Source: a virus
Strand: one strand, 5' to 3'
DNA length: 64,000 nt
Virus record (IMG/VR): IMGVR_UViG_3300004463_000262
Location: 1-64,000 of that record
Below the pieces are notes generated by a model. It saw only the letters and a list, made by a program, of their open reading frames with translations. It was not told where the DNA came from and searched no databases. Each line of letters starts with the position of its first letter. The stretch's first letter is position 1. Positions 52,264 to 62,287 of this stretch are shown piece by piece. A program made the translations under genes and the position numbers.

Positions 52264-54307
52264 TAACTTTCAGAAGCTTGCTCTCCATCGAGCAAATACA
52301 CCAAGATCAGTCTTAGTACAGACCAACCATGGTCATCTTGGTAGCTCGCTCTTTCGTGATGCAACGCAAGAAGACTTGATTCAGGACTTCTCGAATCGTC
52401 GTGCGTTGTCGAGACGTACAGCATCGATGGGTGGAGACGATGTGTTTGCGGCTGTTCCTAGATTCTATAGTCCTATGGAATACTTCCAGGCGCAGAAGAT
52501 CCCCTATAGAATCAACAATGATCAGGAACGATTCAAGCTTTATCAGTGGTTAGATCTGTTCTATCGAACACACTTCCTTATCCCTATTCTTGTGGATATC
52601 TTTACTCGATTCCCGCTTGTAGGTATTGAGTTAGACTGTCCTGATCCTGAGCTTAAGACTTTCTATGAAGATCTCTTCTTTGATCGCATGGATTACGAGC
52701 ACTTCCTCGTTGATCTTGGTCGTGAATACTGGACGTTGGGTGAAGCATTCCCGCTTGGCCACTTCAATGAAACGTTAGGGATCTGGGAAGACGAAGAGCT
52801 AATCGACCCCACGATGGTAAAGGTACGTAGCTATCCGATCATTGGTGGCGAGCAGTTCTTCTTTAGTGCTGAAGGAATGGAAACTCTGCGCACTATCGTG
52901 GAGAAGAAGGAGCCGCGAGAGATCTATTACTTGCTGGAACGAGACTACCCAGAGTGGATGCCATTTCTGCGCAACAAGAAAGACATTCCTGTTAGTGATG
53001 TTTTGCTCAAGCAGGTAGCATTCAAGGTCAGTCCTCGCGATCTGCACGGTACTCCTATCTTGCTTAGAGCACTACGTACTCTGCTCCACGAAGAAAAGCT
53101 AGTTGCATCGCAGGATGCTGTAGCTGAGCGACTTTATAACCCTGCGATCCTAGTCCAAGTAGGTATTCAGGACATGGGTCAGAACAGAGGCCCATGGATT
53201 CCTACTCCCGCAGAGGTTCAAGATGTTCGAGATCAGTTTGATCTCATGCTTGCATCTGACTTCCGTCTGATGGTTCACCACTTTGGTATCCAGGTGCAGC
53301 AGATCTTTGGACGTGACCAGATGCCGAAACTTGATCAGGACTTTGATCGTATCGAGCAGCGCTTGATGATGACGTTCGGTGTTAATCCTTCACTCTTACA
53401 GGCTGGCTCTGCAACGCAACCTTACGCATCCTCAGCCCTTCAGGCAGAGTTCCTGAACCAGATCCTTAGAACCTATCAGCGGTTCCTTATAAACCATTAC
53501 AAGCAGCGAGCGATGATCGTGGCTGAAGCACAAGAGCACTATGACTATGAGAAGCGTGGTGATTCTCGTGTACCGATCATGGAAGAGGTTCTAGAATACG
53601 ACGATGATGGCAAAGAGGCAATCGTTGAGAAGAATAAACTTCTCATCCCTGAGATGCGAATGAAGGTGTTAGACTTAAGAGATGAAGCCACACAACGACA
53701 GTTCTTGCAAGCGCTCAAACAGCAGGGGGTTCCAATTCCTGATCAGGACATTGCTATGGGAATGCATTACGATTTCGTTGAAGCTCTTGGCAAGTCCGAA
53801 GAAGAGATGATCCAGAAGACTGTTAGCCAACAGGAGGCTAAGGTCAAGACTTATGATATCCTTACGGCAAAGGGTCTGCCAATCCCGGCAGATTTGAAGC
53901 AGGAAGTAGAGGGTATGTCAGGATTCCAGCCACCCGCACCGGGGACTCCGCTTAGCACGGGAGTAGATGTTCCGCAAGGTGGAGACATTGTGATGCCGCC
54001 GCCTCCTGGTGGAGGAACAGGCCCAATTAGTCCGTATGATGCTACTCGTGGCTCAAGACCCGAGCAATCTGATGAAGGTAATCCAATCCCACCGCCCGGT
54101 CAGGTACCGACACAGCCCTCGATCCCTGGAGTTCCAGGACAACCCGGTCTTCTTGGTATCCCAGGCGCACCTACGCCAGCAGTTTCATCCTCTGTGAAGA
54201 GATTGCCACGTAAGCAAGCACAAACATTCAGTGTTCCTGATTTAACAAAAGACTTGACAGAACCGTCTGATGATGCTACTATAGATCCAGATGGAAAAAC
54301 TGAGTAG
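52235..54307 (+). CDS. Portal protein
   Basis: LVDIFTRFPL, REYWTLGEAF, HGTPILLRALRTL, Pro-rich tail; near terminase. Confidence 0.78.
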   Translation: MDLLKQGELDNFQKLALHRANTPRSVLVQTNHGHLGSSLFRDATQEDLIQDFSNRRALSRRTASMGGDDVFAAVPRFYSPMEYFQAQKIPYRINNDQERFKLYQWLDLFYRTHFLIPILVDIFTRFPLVGIELDCPDPELKTFYEDLFFDRMDYEHFLVDLGREYWTLGEAFPLGHFNETLGIWEDEELIDPTMVKVRSYPIIGGEQFFFSAEGMETLRTIVEKKEPREIYYLLERDYPEWMPFLRNKKDIPVSDVLLKQVAFKVSPRDLHGTPILLRALRTLLHEEKLVASQDAVAERLYNPAILVQVGIQDMGQNRGPWIPTPAEVQDVRDQFDLMLASDFRLMVHHFGIQVQQIFGRDQMPKLDQDFDRIEQRLMMTFGVNPSLLQAGSATQPYASSALQAEFLNQILRTYQRFLINHYKQRAMIVAEAQEHYDYEKRGDSRVPIMEEVLEYDDDGKEAIVEKNKLLIPEMRMKVLDLRDEATQRQFLQALKQQGVPIPDQDIAMGMHYDFVEALGKSEEEMIQKTVSQQEAKVKTYDILTAKGLPIPADLKQEVEGMSGFQPPAPGTPLSTGVDVPQGGDIVMPPPPGGGTGPISPYDATRGSRPEQSDEGNPIPPPGQVPTQPSIPGVPGQPGLLGIPGAPTPAVSSSVKRLPRKQAQTFSVPDLTKDLTEPSDDATIDPDGKTE
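54254..54282 (+). promoter_or_regulatory. Sigma70-type promoter
   Basis: TTGACA-17 nt-TACTAT with TG extension. Confidence 0.65.
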
Positions 54308-54457
54308 TGGTTCTGCTCTGGCCTGTGGTCACGCCCAGGTCATATCTGAGCATAGAACCAAATTATCAAAAGAAGGATTAGAGCAACCGGCTGTGTGGTG
54401 CGTCGAATGTGACGGCTGGAGCCGTGTTGTACCTGAACAAACGGAGGACGCTAAATA

Positions 54458-55561
54458 GTGTATGATGACTCTGACGGTTTAACTCTGACCGAGGCCGCAG
54501 TTGAACTAGGAGTAAGCCGCAATTCACTAAAGAAGAGATGCGACAGAAAGACAATCGAGTACTTCATTGATTCCAAGGGTGCTCGTCGTATTCCTCACCA
54601 AGTAGTTTCGGGGATCGGCGTACCGGATGCTAGAGCATTCAAGGGGTACAGCCTTGATCCCAAGTTCGATATTCCTAAGGCAGAACTGTGGGGCAACGGT
54701 AAGGCTCCAGTTATAGAACCTTCTACCACAAAACAGTGGGAGGTTGTTGTTGGGGTGAATGATATCCATGTACCCTACCATGATGACATTCTATTGAAAG
54801 CTGCATTAGAATTGGCCGCAGATGTCAGTCCTGATCGCTTTATCATCAACGGAGACACCAATGATTTCTTTGGTATCTCTCGTTACAATCGTGCTATGGA
54901 GAGGCTTGATCTACTTCAGACCGAGTTGGATCAGGGCAAGGCTGTGCGTCGTGCAATTCGTGACGCTGTGCCTGATGCTCAGATTGAAGAGACGTTGGGC
55001 AATCATGAGGAAAGGCTGCTAACCTATCCGGGCTTCAATGCACCGGCTCTGCGCAGTCTTAACTCGCTTAAGCCGAACGTGTTGCTTGGTCTAGACGAGT
55101 TAGAGATTCGACACTGGCCCACGAATGGCTTTCGTCTTCGTGATGACTTTCTTGTCGAGCATGGTGCTACCATTCGCAGTCAGTCTGGAGCCACTGCTAA
55201 GGCTCGCCTTGATGCTACGTTGATCTCTGGTGTCATGGGACACACTCATAGGATGGGTGAGTCTAGGCGTAGTGGGTATCGTGAGCTAGCTTGGTTTGAA
55301 ACTGGCTGTCTTTGTAAGCTGAATCCAGATTACTTTCCGACTGAGGCAAACTGGAAGCAGGGTATCTGGATTGGTACGTTTTCGACTCAGACTAACAACT
55401 GGAATGTCCAGTTGATTCCTGCTGTCGGTCGTGGATTCATCTATGACGGTAAGCACTATGGTGATACTGCGACGGAGCTAGACATCTTCGTAGGGCCGTT
55501 GCCCAACTTTGAGGCAGACATTCCCTCGGATTATTCGAAGTACATCCTGGTCACGAGGTAG
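54458..55561 (+). CDS. Metallophosphoesterase with N-terminal HTH
   Basis: LTLTEAAVELGVSR HTH; DIHVP, NGDTND, GNHE, HG, GHTHR motifs. Confidence 0.85.
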   Translation: MYDDSDGLTLTEAAVELGVSRNSLKKRCDRKTIEYFIDSKGARRIPHQVVSGIGVPDARAFKGYSLDPKFDIPKAELWGNGKAPVIEPSTTKQWEVVVGVNDIHVPYHDDILLKAALELAADVSPDRFIINGDTNDFFGISRYNRAMERLDLLQTELDQGKAVRRAIRDAVPDAQIEETLGNHEERLLTYPGFNAPALRSLNSLKPNVLLGLDELEIRHWPTNGFRLRDDFLVEHGATIRSQSGATAKARLDATLISGVMGHTHRMGESRRSGYRELAWFETGCLCKLNPDYFPTEANWKQGIWIGTFSTQTNNWNVQLIPAVGRGFIYDGKHYGDTATELDIFVGPLPNFEADIPSDYSKYILVTR

Positions 55562-55595
55562 TTTTCGCGGCGCAGGGAAGTCTCTATGGTTGTCA
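55562..55595 (+). promoter_or_regulatory. Recurrent bipartite intergenic motif (also 59305-59339 and 60418-60451)
   Basis: TTTC-N0/2-GCGGC-N13/14-ATGGTTGTCA shortly after stop codons in three places. Confidence 0.55.
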
Positions 55596-55783
55596 GAATA
55601 GTAAACAGGAGTAGACGATAAGCGGACAAGAATACAACGAGTGGATGATCAAGCACGAATATCCTGCTCTAGGTGATAAGATGGTTGGAGAGATGGAAGC
55701 AGAAGGTATTGTATTTGAGCTACATGAAGAGAATGGGATAGAATTCCCGCAAATAAATGCAGCCAATTGGAAGAGGGTGTCAA

Positions 55784-55957
55784 GTGAAGAAGAAGAATAA
55801 AGCCATGCAGATCGCTGTCTATGATCTCGGTGGTAATCCTCTATCTCAAGCAGCGATTGAAGAGATAGAGTTGGCTGTCGTTAAGACGATCAAGAAGCTA
55901 AAGACCGAGAACAATTCGAAGTATACAACGCTCGCTCATACGGTGGTGGTAGAGTGA
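55784..55957 (+). CDS. Hypothetical protein
   Basis: GAGGG RBS; GTG start. Confidence 0.5.
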   Translation: MKKKNKAMQIAVYDLGGNPLSQAAIEEIELAVVKTIKKLKTENNSKYTTLAHTVVVE

Positions 55958-56145
55958 TTTTTAAAAGCAAAAGAGATAAGCCGATATACGAACAAGAGGT
56001 AGTTATTCTCTCTAAATTATGTAATGCTGTTGGAATTCTTGCACAGAACGGTGATCATCCAGAAGCAAGAAAGAAAGCCAATCGATTGGCTAACGAAGCG
56101 ATGGATATTTTGGATACATTGAGATCACCTTGGAGGAATTTGTGA
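55954..56145 (+). CDS. Hypothetical protein
   Basis: GTGA overlap. Confidence 0.5.
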   Translation: MIFKSKRDKPIYEQEVVILSKLCNAVGILAQNGDHPEARKKANRLANEAMDILDTLRSPWRNL

Positions 56146-56555
56146 CCAAGTTGGATTTCGGACGTGAGATCCGTCTAACTGATGAGAACACAGGTGGACA
56201 GAAGGGAAGCAAGCTAGCAAGACTTAGCCTCATCCCTATCTATGCACAAGTAGAAGAGGCAAAAGTGTATGGCATGGGTGCTGAAAAGTATGCCCCGCAT
56301 AATTGGCGCAGAGGCTATCCGTGGTCATGGTCTTATGATGCTATGCAAAGGCATCTTGTTCAGTTCTGGGCTGGCGAGGATCGAGATGAAGAAAGTGGAC
56401 TTCCTCATTTGGCTCATGCTCGATGGCACACCGGGGTGCTACTAGAAATGTGGCACTATAGTTTAGGGACTGATGATCGGTTTATTCATGAGGCAATCAA
56501 GGCAAGTACTAAACTGAAGTCGCCTCCGAAGAATCTGTCCAATAGGGGTGGATAA
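56142..56555 (+). CDS. dATP/dGTP diphosphohydrolase (DUF5664-like)
   Basis: TGGQKGSK..R.SLIP...GAEKYAPHNWRRGYPWS..YDAMQRH...GEDRDEESGLPHLAHA. Confidence 0.85.
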   Translation: MTKLDFGREIRLTDENTGGQKGSKLARLSLIPIYAQVEEAKVYGMGAEKYAPHNWRRGYPWSWSYDAMQRHLVQFWAGEDRDEESGLPHLAHARWHTGVLLEMWHYSLGTDDRFIHEAIKASTKLKSPPKNLSNRGG

Positions 56556-56763
56556 AGTGGGAAATGCCGATCTATTAAGAGAATTAACTAAGGTTCATGA
56601 CACTTTACTAAAGGTGCAGGCACATCTATATCATAAGGATGCTATGAATGCGAATTTGCATATGTCAGACAAGGTGTTGTCCACTCCCCTGTATTCAGCA
56701 GTGGAAAAAGCACTAGAGACAACCAAGTCTCTTATGGGGACTCTGATGTTGGAGGAAGATTAA
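56548..56763 (+). CDS. Hypothetical protein
   Basis: Packed ORF. Confidence 0.55.
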   Translation: MDKVGNADLLRELTKVHDTLLKVQAHLYHKDAMNANLHMSDKVLSTPLYSAVEKALETTKSLMGTLMLEED

Positions 56764-56765
56764 GA

Positions 56766-57407
56766 ATGTTAATCCAAGTGGACGTTGACAGCACACTTTA
56801 TGATGCTGATGCCCTCTTTGATGAGCTAGCAAGGGAGAATGACATCGAGTGGCCGAGGCGAGCTAAGAGTTGGCTTCCTGCGTATGAGATAAAGCGCTTC
56901 GATGGTACTCCCTGCACTGTAGAGGATCTGAAGAAGGTCTTTCGCATTGCTCATTCTCGCGAATGGGTCATGCAGAATAAGCCCTACCCTCATTCAGTCA
57001 AGGTTCTTCAGGGCATCGTGAATGACTACCCGGAAGCAGAGATCGCGTATGTTTCCGACCGTAACGAACAACAGACAGGCTCACTACGTGAATGGCTTGA
57101 TGAGAAGGGATTTCTTTTCAGCGATGACACTCACGTGGCAGCCACTAAGGACAAGCGTCATTGGATGCGTGAACGTCGTCCCGAGGTAGTGATTGATGAT
57201 CGTGTTCGTACTATGTTGATGGCCCGTTACGAGCTAGGCTCGTATGTCGTCAGTCTGGAGCACAATCACAACACTAACCTGAGGAACGAGGTTGAACACA
57301 TCTATATCATGAAGGATTGGAAGGGCATTGATGAAGTATTGCGAGAAACAATCCTTCCTAAGTTACAGCAGAAAGCTGTGACTAGAGAAAAAGAACTATC
57401 ATACTAG
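56766..57407 (+). CDS. HAD-family 5'(3')-deoxyribonucleotidase-like protein
   Basis: VDVDSTL, YVSDR, K, VIDDR motifs. Confidence 0.75.
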   Translation: MLIQVDVDSTLYDADALFDELARENDIEWPRRAKSWLPAYEIKRFDGTPCTVEDLKKVFRIAHSREWVMQNKPYPHSVKVLQGIVNDYPEAEIAYVSDRNEQQTGSLREWLDEKGFLFSDDTHVAATKDKRHWMRERRPEVVIDDRVRTMLMARYELGSYVVSLEHNHNTNLRNEVEHIYIMKDWKGIDEVLRETILPKLQQKAVTREKELSY

Positions 57408-57413
57408 GAGACA

Positions 57414-57686
57414 ATGGAAGAGAATAACGATCTAAACGTAGAGCAGGATGAGCAGGACGGACAGCGTATTCCACGAGTACAGCTAAGTCCTCATCCGCTT
57501 GGTGGGTTGTCGGTAATCGTGCGTGACCCACAGGGGCAGACTCTAGCTACTAGGATTGACTTGCCCGAGGCAACAATTCTCTACTCTCATCTAGGAGCGC
57601 TGATTACCATGGCGTTCAATGAGATGTATGTGCAGGCTGCTCAAGCATCAAATCAAAGTAAGGTTGTAGTACCAGGGAGGAATTAA
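57414..57686 (+). CDS. Hypothetical protein
   Basis: AGGAG RBS. Confidence 0.6.
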   Translation: MEENNDLNVEQDEQDGQRIPRVQLSPHPLGGLSVIVRDPQGQTLATRIDLPEATILYSHLGALITMAFNEMYVQAAQASNQSKVVVPGRN

Positions 57687-57979
57687 TGCCAGAGACACTA
57701 ACACTAGCTGAATTGGATAAACGTGTAAAACGTCTGGAAGAACGTTATCCGGGCATCACTGTTGAACAGATGTATACGTTCTACACTGATCGTGCCATTG
57801 GCACGAAGGAGTTCCGCAATTTCCTTGCCAAGCACGATCCTATATTTGCTGAGGTACGTGATACCAGTGTGGACGATGAGATTGATGAAAATGCTCGTCG
57901 TATTCAGCGAGAACGAGAGGCGCAGGCAAGTGGGCTTAGTATGATCGGCAAGGATGGGCAGGTTGTCAACCCCGAGTAA
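57686..57979 (+). CDS. Hypothetical protein
   Basis: GGAGG RBS; TAATG overlap. Confidence 0.6.
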   Translation: MPETLTLAELDKRVKRLEERYPGITVEQMYTFYTDRAIGTKEFRNFLAKHDPIFAEVRDTSVDDEIDENARRIQREREAQASGLSMIGKDGQVVNPE

Positions 57980-58017
57980 GGGTTGCGCTAACCTGCTAAG
58001 TCTGCTATCATAGACCT

Positions 58018-58260
58018 ATGGCTTATGCTAGCGAAGCAATCCTAGAGAAGATCCTGGAACTATCTGCTGACGTGGAAGCATTAAGTGTGCAGGTAGCTAA
58101 CCAGGATAAGGTCATCACTGGTATGAAGCATTACCTCAAGGTGGCTGCTGACTATCGCAATGATGATCCTGCTCAAGTATTGGGTGCGATTCAGGCTGCG
58201 CTTGGTGAAGCCGCAAAGTATGAAAAGACCAGAAGGGTTAAGCGAAAAAAGAGGAAGTAG
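58018..58260 (+). CDS. Hypothetical protein
   Basis: TG-C-TATCAT 7 nt upstream (leaderless-type). Confidence 0.6.
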   Translation: MAYASEAILEKILELSADVEALSVQVANQDKVITGMKHYLKVAADYRNDDPAQVLGAIQAALGEAAKYEKTRRVKRKKRK

Positions 58261-58262
58261 AT

Positions 58263-58994
58263 TTGAGCTTATTTAATCGAGGGCCAGAGAATGAATCTAA
58301 TCTGGTGACCTACTACTTGGGAGAGGATGATCTTCATCCCAAGATTCAAGGGGCATTCGAGTGGTTCAAAGAGGATGTCCTTCCATTTTTCCATAACGAT
58401 TGTCAGGATAAGATCATGCTTGCTGGTGGAGCATTGCGATCCCTGTTTACTGATACATCGATCAGAGATTACGATGTTTATGCTGACATAAACACCATAG
58501 AAAAACTTAGTGACAATCATTATGCCGTGTTGGCAAGCAAACATGGCGGCTGGACTCGTATTTCTAACACAGCACGATCTTATACTTATAAGAGGATGTT
58601 TTTCAATCCTCTGGAACAGAAGATTGATCATTCTCTGGTCAACTTCATCAAGACTCCATACGTGACGCCACAGTCTGTAATTGAGACGTTCGATTTCACT
58701 GTTTGCATGTGTGCTATCACAAAGGATCAGATCACCTATCATCCAGACTACTTCGTAGATCTGGCAACACGTGTCTTGCGTGTCAATAGTTTGGAAGATC
58801 CTTTGAGTACTCTTTGGCGTGTACAGAAGTACAACAAGTTGGGGTACACAATGTCACAAGAAGAGATGTGGAAGACCGTCGAGGCCGTGCATGATCTGGG
58901 CACACTGCCAAGGATTGTAGATGAGGGTGAGAAGACCAAGGCATCTTTGAAAGAGAACGTAATGACTTTGGAGGAAGTCTTTAGATCATCATGA
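58263..58994 (+). CDS. Nucleotidyltransferase of the CCA-adding/poly(A) polymerase head type
   Basis: LAGGALRSLF...IRDYDVY and FDFTVCMCA; RVQKY motif. Confidence 0.7.
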   Translation: MSLFNRGPENESNLVTYYLGEDDLHPKIQGAFEWFKEDVLPFFHNDCQDKIMLAGGALRSLFTDTSIRDYDVYADINTIEKLSDNHYAVLASKHGGWTRISNTARSYTYKRMFFNPLEQKIDHSLVNFIKTPYVTPQSVIETFDFTVCMCAITKDQITYHPDYFVDLATRVLRVNSLEDPLSTLWRVQKYNKLGYTMSQEEMWKTVEAVHDLGTLPRIVDEGEKTKASLKENVMTLEEVFRSS

Positions 58995-59293
58995 CACAAG
59001 GAGAGACAATTGAGAGCATGCGCTATGAGTTAGGGCGCGACTCTGCCCAGAAGGGAGAGCCACTCCATGAGGGAGCATCGGAAGAGTTCTATCATGGTTA
59101 CACCGATGTGAAAAAGAGCGCTTGGTCTGGCTCTTCTAACGTCATGCCGAGAACATTTGCCAGGGGAGGTAGTCAGCCCGAGGAATGGGTGTGTTTATGC
59201 GGTCATCATAATCCACGTTACGTTCAAAAGAACTGTTGGAAATGCGGAGTGGCTAAAGTCGTTGTCGAAGAAGCAAAAAGGACACACGGCTAG
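58991..59293 (+). CDS. Small protein with RMF-like N-terminus and RanBP2-type zinc finger
   Basis: YELGRDSAQKG...FYHGYTD; WVCLCG..N.....NCWKCG. Confidence 0.55.
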   Translation: MTQGETIESMRYELGRDSAQKGEPLHEGASEEFYHGYTDVKKSAWSGSSNVMPRTFARGGSQPEEWVCLCGHHNPRYVQKNCWKCGVAKVVVEEAKRTHG

Positions 59294-59363
59294 ATGGTAG
59301 GGGCTTTCTCGCGGCAGCGAAGGGGTCTAATGGTTGTCAAAAGAGCAAACACAGGGAGATAGT

Positions 59364-60413
59364 ATGTCAGTTACAGTAGATTTCATTCATGAACTTCATG
59401 GTTCCGGTGATTGGACTTATGCCTCCTTTATAAAGGCGATAGAGACTGCACAGTATCCTGTCATTAGAGCCTTTACATGGGACTGTCGTGAGTTCAAGAA
59501 CATCGAGGATGCTCAGTTCTATTTCAAGGGAAGCATGGCACGTGAAACTGTTCTTCATAATCATCAGGATGGTGTCTTCCACCTTCGTAGAGATCATGGG
59601 GAAGTTTCTGTAGTCGTAGCTGCACACTCTCATAAGCGGTGTCAGGAGCTACACGATAAGGCTAGGGAATTTGCTCCTGAGTATCAGAATTCATCAGAGA
59701 GAGAAGTATCTGTTACCTTTTGGTCTATGTCTGCCAATGGCCCGATGTCTGTGACTCGTTCTTTGGATGTACCAAGTTGGGATGAGATCAAGATCAACTA
59801 TACGGGCGATGTCAAGGAAGAACTAGACGAACTGATCAATTCAGAGTGGCGTCCTACGAGTGGAGGTCAGTTGATTCTTTGGCATGGTGTCCCTGGTACG
59901 GGCAAGACCACTGCGCTTAGAGGATTGGCTCGCGAATGGAACAATTGGTGCGATATCCATTACATTGCAGATCCCGAAGTGTTCTTCGGAGATCGCGCTG
60001 ATTACATGCTCAATGTGATGCTCGATAGGTATGACACCGAAGATAATCGGTGGCGCCTCTTGATCTTGGAAGATTGTGGCGAACTGATTGGAGCCGATGC
60101 AAAATTGAAGTCAGGCCAGGGGCTATCTCGGTTGCTTAACTCTGTTGATGGACTGATTGGCCAGGGATTGAAATTCATGGTCTTGATTACTACCAACGAA
60201 GAACTTGGCAAGCTGCACCCTGCTGTTACACGTCCCGGTCGTTGTCTGGCTCAGGTAGAGTTTCGTCCTCTGGATCATGATGAAGTGATCCAATGGCTCA
60301 AGGCCCACAAGGTAGAGTACGATGCTACCGGTGGTTTGACCATTGCTGAGTTATATGCACGAAGATACAACTTCACTAACAAGGGTAAAACCAAGGTCGT
60401 AGGATTCGGTTAG
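59364..60413 (+). CDS. AAA+ ATPase (DUF5925-like)
   Basis: LILWHGVPGTGKTTALR, LLILEDC, LSRLLNSVDGLIGQG, TTNE, RPGRC, VGF tail. Confidence 0.8.
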   Translation: MSVTVDFIHELHGSGDWTYASFIKAIETAQYPVIRAFTWDCREFKNIEDAQFYFKGSMARETVLHNHQDGVFHLRRDHGEVSVVVAAHSHKRCQELHDKAREFAPEYQNSSEREVSVTFWSMSANGPMSVTRSLDVPSWDEIKINYTGDVKEELDELINSEWRPTSGGQLILWHGVPGTGKTTALRGLAREWNNWCDIHYIADPEVFFGDRADYMLNVMLDRYDTEDNRWRLLILEDCGELIGADAKLKSGQGLSRLLNSVDGLIGQGLKFMVLITTNEELGKLHPAVTRPGRCLAQVEFRPLDHDEVIQWLKAHKVEYDATGGLTIAELYARRYNFTNKGKTKVVGFG

Positions 60414-60462
60414 GCCGTTTTCGGCGGCGCGGAGGGTTCCAATGGTTGTCAGTTTAGCTAAC

Positions 60463-60669
60463 ATGTCTAGAGAGGGTTTAAGCATAGAAAGGATGCTAGA
60501 ACAATTGGAGTATAGATTGGGATCTCTTGAACATGTGTATTGCGCAGGGTATTGGTGCGCATATAATAGTCGGGCGTTTAGGCTTAGCTCTCACTTGCCC
60601 GATCTTCATCAGAAGATATGGAAACAAGGATACGCCGATGGCGAGGGAGATATGCAAAATGTTTGTTAG
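60463..60669 (+). CDS. RMF-like family hypothetical protein
   Basis: VYCAGYWCA...WKQGYADGEGD. Confidence 0.55.
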   Translation: MSREGLSIERMLEQLEYRLGSLEHVYCAGYWCAYNSRAFRLSSHLPDLHQKIWKQGYADGEGDMQNVC

Positions 60670-61618
60670 GCCCATAGCGTTAAGTTTCGATGATGTGCTC
60701 TTAGTGCCAAAACGCGGGATTCTCGAAAAACGTGCAGATGCCGATATTGGCTCAGAAGTCGTTTCTGGCCTAAAGGTCGAAATTCCGATAATCAGCGCTC
60801 CGATGCAAAGCGTTACAGAACGCGAAATGGCGCGAGCTATGAATTATGCCGGGGCGTTTGGCATAATTCATCGATTCCTCGATATTGATCAACAGGTTAA
60901 GGAGTATCTGGCCGGTTATCCTGCTGGGGCTGCTATCGGGATCAATGAAGGGTACGAAAGATGGGAAAAACTACTAGATGTCGGCTGCAACGTCATATGT
61001 CTCGATGTTGCGCATGCACATCACGATTCTATTGAAACTTTCATTAGAAATGCGGGCACAGACCTTGTTTCGAGCACTCAACTGATCGTCGGAAACGTGG
61101 CTACGGGAGAGGGTGCTCAGTTTCTCGCAGATTTGGGTGTAGCGGCTGTGAAGGTCGGGATTGGCCCAGGAGCAGCTTGTACCACTCGTGAAGTTACTGG
61201 ATTTGGTTTTCCACAGCTTCAGGCTATCAGTGAGGTATCTAATGCTATTTACGATTGGGGTGTAAAGATCATTGCTGATGGAGGTATTCGTAACTCTGGC
61301 GATATCGTCAAGGCTCTAGCTGCGGGGGCAGATACAGTCATGATCGGTCGTCTCTTTGCGGGAGCCGATGAATCACCCCATCCAGGGATGTATTGGGGGA
61401 TGGCTTCACATCGAGTGAATGGCCATCATGCCCCAGAAGGGATAGAAGCCATAGTAGAGCGCACAGGGCCAATTAAGGATACGCTCAAGTCGTTGGCATG
61501 GGGGATTCGTAGTGGAATCTCTTATGCGGGCGCTAAGGATCTTGAAGGATTGCGTGAGAATGCAGAATTTGTCATGATAAGTGGTTTGGCATTCGAAGAG
61601 AACAAGACTAGAGTATGA
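60659..61618 (+). CDS. IMP dehydrogenase/GMP reductase family protein lacking CBS domains
   Basis: [58 protein letters not shown]. Confidence 0.9.
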   Translation: MFVRPIALSFDDVLLVPKRGILEKRADADIGSEVVSGLKVEIPIISAPMQSVTEREMARAMNYAGAFGIIHRFLDIDQQVKEYLAGYPAGAAIGINEGYERWEKLLDVGCNVICLDVAHAHHDSIETFIRNAGTDLVSSTQLIVGNVATGEGAQFLADLGVAAVKVGIGPGAACTTREVTGFGFPQLQAISEVSNAIYDWGVKIIADGGIRNSGDIVKALAAGADTVMIGRLFAGADESPHPGMYWGMASHRVNGHHAPEGIEAIVERTGPIKDTLKSLAWGIRSGISYAGAKDLEGLRENAEFVMISGLAFEENKTRV

Positions 61619-61872
61619 CAGATGTAATGGATGAAGTGCGTCTTATGCGGGAAATTGCAGAGAATCTTAGACATGAGCTAATACAGGTCAAGTCTGAGTT
61701 ACAGATTGTCAGGCGAGATATTGCTGGTATTTTCGGGGAGCTAGAGGATCTCCACAAGCAAATGACTGAGCAACGCAATTCTATGGATGACAAGTTTGGT
61801 GCATTTACGGAAAGGATAGATCAAGTGGAATTCAACATCGAGGATATAGAGTATGATCAAACAGCCAGATAA
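61615..61872 (+). CDS. Coiled-coil hypothetical protein
   Basis: ATGA overlap. Confidence 0.55.
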   Translation: MTDVMDEVRLMREIAENLRHELIQVKSELQIVRRDIAGIFGELEDLHKQMTEQRNSMDDKFGAFTERIDQVEFNIEDIEYDQTAR

Positions 61873-62287
61873 AATGATGCGTAGTTTAGATGACCCAATC
61901 CTTGGAAGAGTTGTAGACGGTGCTATTGATCATATTGAGGCATTAGAGGATCAAGTTCAGGCTCTTCGAGAGCGTAATGAATCCTTGGAGGAAGAGATCC
62001 AGTACGCCAATTTGCGTGTATCTGAGATGGAAGAGAAGGTACAAGGGTTGGTAAACGATAAAGCCAACAATGATGATGAAGAGTATTGGCAACAAATTCA
62101 GAAAGCTTTGAATGATCTAACGGATTTGAATGATCGAGCGGCAACAAGTGAACCCTGGGTAAACGATAAAGCTCCCTGGATTCCCTCTCAACAAGAGATG
62201 GATATGTTTACTGAAGAAAATGATGTAGAGAAAACTGAAGAGAAGCCGGAAGGATTGTGGCGAAATGCGGCGAGGCGGTTGTGGTAG
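61853..62287 (+). CDS. Acidic coiled-coil hypothetical protein
   Basis: Packed ORF. Confidence 0.55.
   Translation: MIKQPDKMMRSLDDPILGRVVDGAIDHIEALEDQVQALRERNESLEEEIQYANLRVSEMEEKVQGLVNDKANNDDEEYWQQIQKALNDLTDLNDRAATSEPWVNDKAPWIPSQQEMDMFTEENDVEKTEEKPEGLWRNAARRLW

Noticed and set aside
56142-56555. Z-genome (2-aminoadenine) system
   Set aside because: The diphosphohydrolase is present but no purZ or HD dATPase is seen in the window
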